Source: Naegleria gruberi (taxonomy: Eukaryota). From it: 64,000 bases of DNA. A program made the position numbers and the translations under genes. Shown piece after piece: positions 60,910-64,000 of this stretch; within the stretch, counting starts at the first letter, position 1; every line of letters starts with the position of its first letter. The DNA lies in NCBI GenBank assembly GCA_000004985.1, contig GG738850.1, one strand, 5' to 3'. The notes under the pieces were generated by a model that searched no databases, was not told the origin of the DNA, and saw only the letters and a program-made list of their open reading frames with translations.

Positions 60910-62151
60910 TTACAGTTTAAGGTTCTCTGACAATGCTTCAGAATAGTCCAATTTGAGTTTTCTAACTTGTTCTGGATTTTGTGTAATTAAATTGTTGCCA
61001 TGAGCCATAATTATATGCTCCCAATTCCAAGTGAAGATTTTGGTAAAATCCTGAACTGCTTGATTCTTGTCAGTAATTAAAGCTCTAAATGATTTTGGTA
61101 TTGTTGGTCCTTTTCCGTACAAATCCAATAATTTTCCATAATGTACACTGACTGGTGTATGATTTGGATCATCAACTTTGATAGTTATTGGTTCCTTCCA
61201 ATCCATTACAGTATCGCAAGCTATCAAGGTCTTTGTTGGCTTGTGACACATTACAACTTCATTCAAATTCAATCCAGTCACAACTTGTAAATCAAATTGT
61301 GTTTGCCAATCACGAGGCCATTCTCTTGGAGTTGTGCTATTGTCTGAAGGGAGTGTGTAAATGCATTTGGCAACATCTTCTTTCTTCAATTCTGGATATT
61401 CGGCCGATAATTTGGAATATAAATTATCAATCACTGTTTGCTTGTTTGGATATGGACAATAGATGAATGGTTTTTCCAACTTTCCATCCTTATTTTCCAA
61501 TATAAAGTATTTCAAGTATTGACTAGCATACTTGAGATGTGAACTGTTTGGTAAAATAATTAATTTCACCTTTCCCAATCTCTTCAATTCATTCTTTACA
61601 ATATCTGTCAATTCAACTGGATTATATATCATCAATTCCGATTTTCCCAAATCAACCACACACATATTGCTACTCATTGCAATAGGTGGCATGCTCATTT
61701 GAAAGTGATGTCTATAGGTAGAGAGTATTTCCTTCTTGGTCTTTCCATCCCTATGAACACAAGTAAACGACTTGTCATTAAACTTTTCATGAGAAACCTT
61801 CTCTGTTACTTTGGCATAATAATACCCTACAGTGAGTAAGCCACCAATCACTCCACCAATCATTAATAATTTCCCAAAGAATGATTTCTTCTTCTTATTG
61901 CCATTATTATTATTAGTAGAATTTTGTTTTTCTTGTTGTTTCTCTTGTTGTTGATGATTATTCAATGTATTGGCCACTGATGATCGGATTGGAGAAATCT
62001 TCATTGAAAATCCTCTTTCCATCATTCTATTCTGTAATGATAAAGATGATTTAGTTGCAACACCATTCATCATCAATTGTTGCACCACTTGTTTAATTTG
62101 ACTTGAATTCATCAAACTCTCCACGAGTTTCAAATTATTTCTTCTCATCAT
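60910..62151 (-). CDS. Hypothetical single-pass membrane-anchored protein (413 aa)
   Basis: Real ATG (ATGATGAGAAGA). N-terminal Q/N-rich segment, then the TM FFGKLLMIGGVIGGLLTVGYYYA, then a ~300-aa globular region of unknown family. Confidence 0.45.
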   Translation of the reverse strand: MMRRNNLKLVESLMNSSQIKQVVQQLMMNGVATKSSLSLQNRMMERGFSMKISPIRSSVANTLNNHQQQEKQQEKQNSTNNNNGNKKKKSFFGKLLMIGGVIGGLLTVGYYYAKVTEKVSHEKFNDKSFTCVHRDGKTKKEILSTYRHHFQMSMPPIAMSSNMCVVDLGKSELMIYNPVELTDIVKNELKRLGKVKLIILPNSSHLKYASQYLKYFILENKDGKLEKPFIYCPYPNKQTVIDNLYSKLSAEYPELKKEDVAKCIYTLPSDNSTTPREWPRDWQTQFDLQVVTGLNLNEVVMCHKPTKTLIACDTVMDWKEPITIKVDDPNHTPVSVHYGKLLDLYGKGPTIPKSFRALITDKNQAVQDFTKIFTWNWEHIIMAHGNNLITQNPEQVRKLKLDYSEALSENLKL

Positions 62152-64000
62152 GATTTGTATTCTTTTTCTTCTTCAATTACTCAACCCGAACTTAGAAAAT
62201 GATCATCAAACAGGTCCTATACTTGATGAAAAGTACTTCTATGAGTTTGCTTGTTTTTTTTCGTTGTATTTCAAGCACATTAGACTTCATCTATTCATAA
62301 CCCATTGGACGATCCTTAATGATGAAGAAAGGATCGGAGAGTTTTTTTATTTCGGCGGGATTTGGGTTATTTAAAAAAGGTAAGGCTGCGCCAAAGCAAA
62401 AGGGTTTTACAAAATTCAATCTATTTGCTTGGTGTGGAATTGATTGTACAAATTTTTTGTCCATGTACGAAAGTCATCTGTGAATTGATTTATTATGTTT
62501 TGGTGTTTTTGTTTGGTATTATTAATGTTGATATGTCAACAAGAAATGAAAGCACACATTACTGGTGCTTGATTGATTATTGTTCACTGACGTTTTCTTT
62601 TCCTTGTTGTGATGGAAATTTATTTGAACACACTTCTCAAATATTTGGCAATTGACTTGGAATTTAACATTGGAAGGTATATAAATTGGAAATATTGTTC
62701 GAAACTTGATATTTGTTGAATTTTGAATATTCCCCTTTGAAGAACATCTTCCAACAATTCTCCATTCTTTACTTTTGGGGACATCCATTGTTATTCTCAT
62801 ATAATCTTCCTAATTCTTCTAATGAAAGATCATTGTAAACCTCAACCACATTTCTTAAGAAAAAGACATGAAACATCATCAGTTTGATGATACATTTTTT
62901 TCCTCCAAGATTTTGCGCATCTGAATTCATCATTCTTATCATATGGATTGGCTAACATTGGAAATTGTTTGATATTGCATGTTTGCTTTCTAATTGTTGA
63001 TTCTTAAATACCATCGATGACATTACATATTCCCAGGTCAAACATAGAGACCCAGAACAGACAGCTTTGGAAGAAATTAGCAAAAGATCCATTTGAAGAT
63101 ACTGCATTTCAAATAACTTCAATATATAAAATAAAGTTTATTTCATTACTTGTAAAGTAGTTGTCTTGTAAATAATCGTGGAACTCACCTCAATTGTTGT
63201 AAGATCATTGAAACTGGTTCGGATTTTTGAATTTAATTATTTGAGAAATAGATGTGTTGCAGATAAATATGTAAAACTGATGGAACTTTGGTACCAGTTT
63301 TCATGCATTCAAAAACAGTTATTAAAACCAAATATCTCTCTAAAAATAACACGATTCAAATTTACAAACTTTAATTTCAAACAACATTACAAAAAAACGC
63401 ATTTAGAATGTTGTTCTTTTTAATACGCCTCTCTTTCTAAATATCCAATTAGAAGAAGGATACCAGATAGTGTTCGTTAGTTAAAGTCGGTGCATAACGA
63501 CTCTAATCACATCACAAACATCAATTCTTTCAAAAAAAATTCTGTCTAACCAATTTACCGTTTAGACAGCTGACAGATAAGAGACCATCGTCTAAACACA
63601 TTTCTCTTCTTCTGTAAAAATATGGATTTTCTCAATGGAAGCACATCGAGTGTGCCTAACTTGGTACTCATTGCTTGTATAGCAATCATTCCCATTGTTC
63701 TTTTTGTTGGTGCTGTTCTCTTTATTATTTTCTTCTCAAGTCCAGCCGATAGGTTCCAAGGAATATTCCCCAAAATTATATGTGTAAGTTTATATTGGTC
63801 ATTAGCAATTTTATTCTTATCTGTTTCTTCTGTTGCTTCTTTGTATATACAAAATTTGGTGATGATGAAAAAATTGTTTAATTAATATTCGGGTGATGAA
63901 ATTTTCCCTCCAAAATTAAAATTTACGATACAAAATTAACAACAATAACAAAATGACTGTATGATGATGACCACTGTATTGGTGCTTTTATAATATTTGG

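Noticed and set aside
1-64000. Prokaryotic-style interpretation: operons, CRISPR arrays, integrons, phage or defence islands
   Set aside because: Spliceosomal introns with GTAAGT donors, nuclear-type tRNAs lacking CCA, one with a tRNA intron, and the eukaryote-specific domains present make this eukaryotic nuclear DNA. No CRISPR-like direct-repeat arrays, transposase, integrase or reverse-transcriptase ORFs were seen.

Overview
This window is eukaryotic nuclear DNA, not prokaryotic. It is AT-rich (roughly 35% GC by eye) and gene-dense, with about 34 protein-coding genes on both strands and four nuclear-type tRNA genes with no encoded CCA. Several genes are split by very short spliceosomal introns of about 42-140 nt. 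Their 5' sites are GTAAGT, GTATGT or GTTTGT, several have CTAAC-like branch points, and they end in AG. I reconstructed the splice junctions by hand, so junction coordinates are good to about +/-2 nt. Many proteins carry poly-N/S/Q low-complexity tracts.

The provided ORF track uses bacterial-style alternative starts (TTG/GTG shown as M). Several listed 'M' starts are therefore not real ATGs, and two listed 'stops' are the TAA inside GTAAGT splice donors.

I recognise:
- a subtilase (S8);
- casein kinase I (5 exons);
- an RCC1-repeat protein;
- two single-pass receptor-like kinases, one with an NHL/EGF ectodomain and one with a Pmp-repeat beta-helix ectodomain;
- an HMG-box protein and an RGS-domain protein;
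- a Macro-domain protein and an HSP20;
- an S28 (PRCP-like) serine carboxypeptidase and an F-box/SPRY protein;
- an ionotropic glutamate receptor (iGluR) homologue without an amino-terminal domain;
- a type IIC (Na/K-type) P-type ATPase;
- a tandem-BTB + WWE fusion protein;
- a membrane-anchored, apparently degenerate nucleotidyl-cyclase-homology protein whose reading frame is broken.

Structural oddities are a convergent inverted pair of intron-containing tRNA-Cys genes bracketing a small gene, and a palindromic minisatellite flanking a 50-N assembly gap.

I found no CRISPR arrays, operons, transposase or integrase genes. The taxon is uncertain. The splice signals and gene content would fit an AT-rich early-diverging fungus or protist, but that is inference only.
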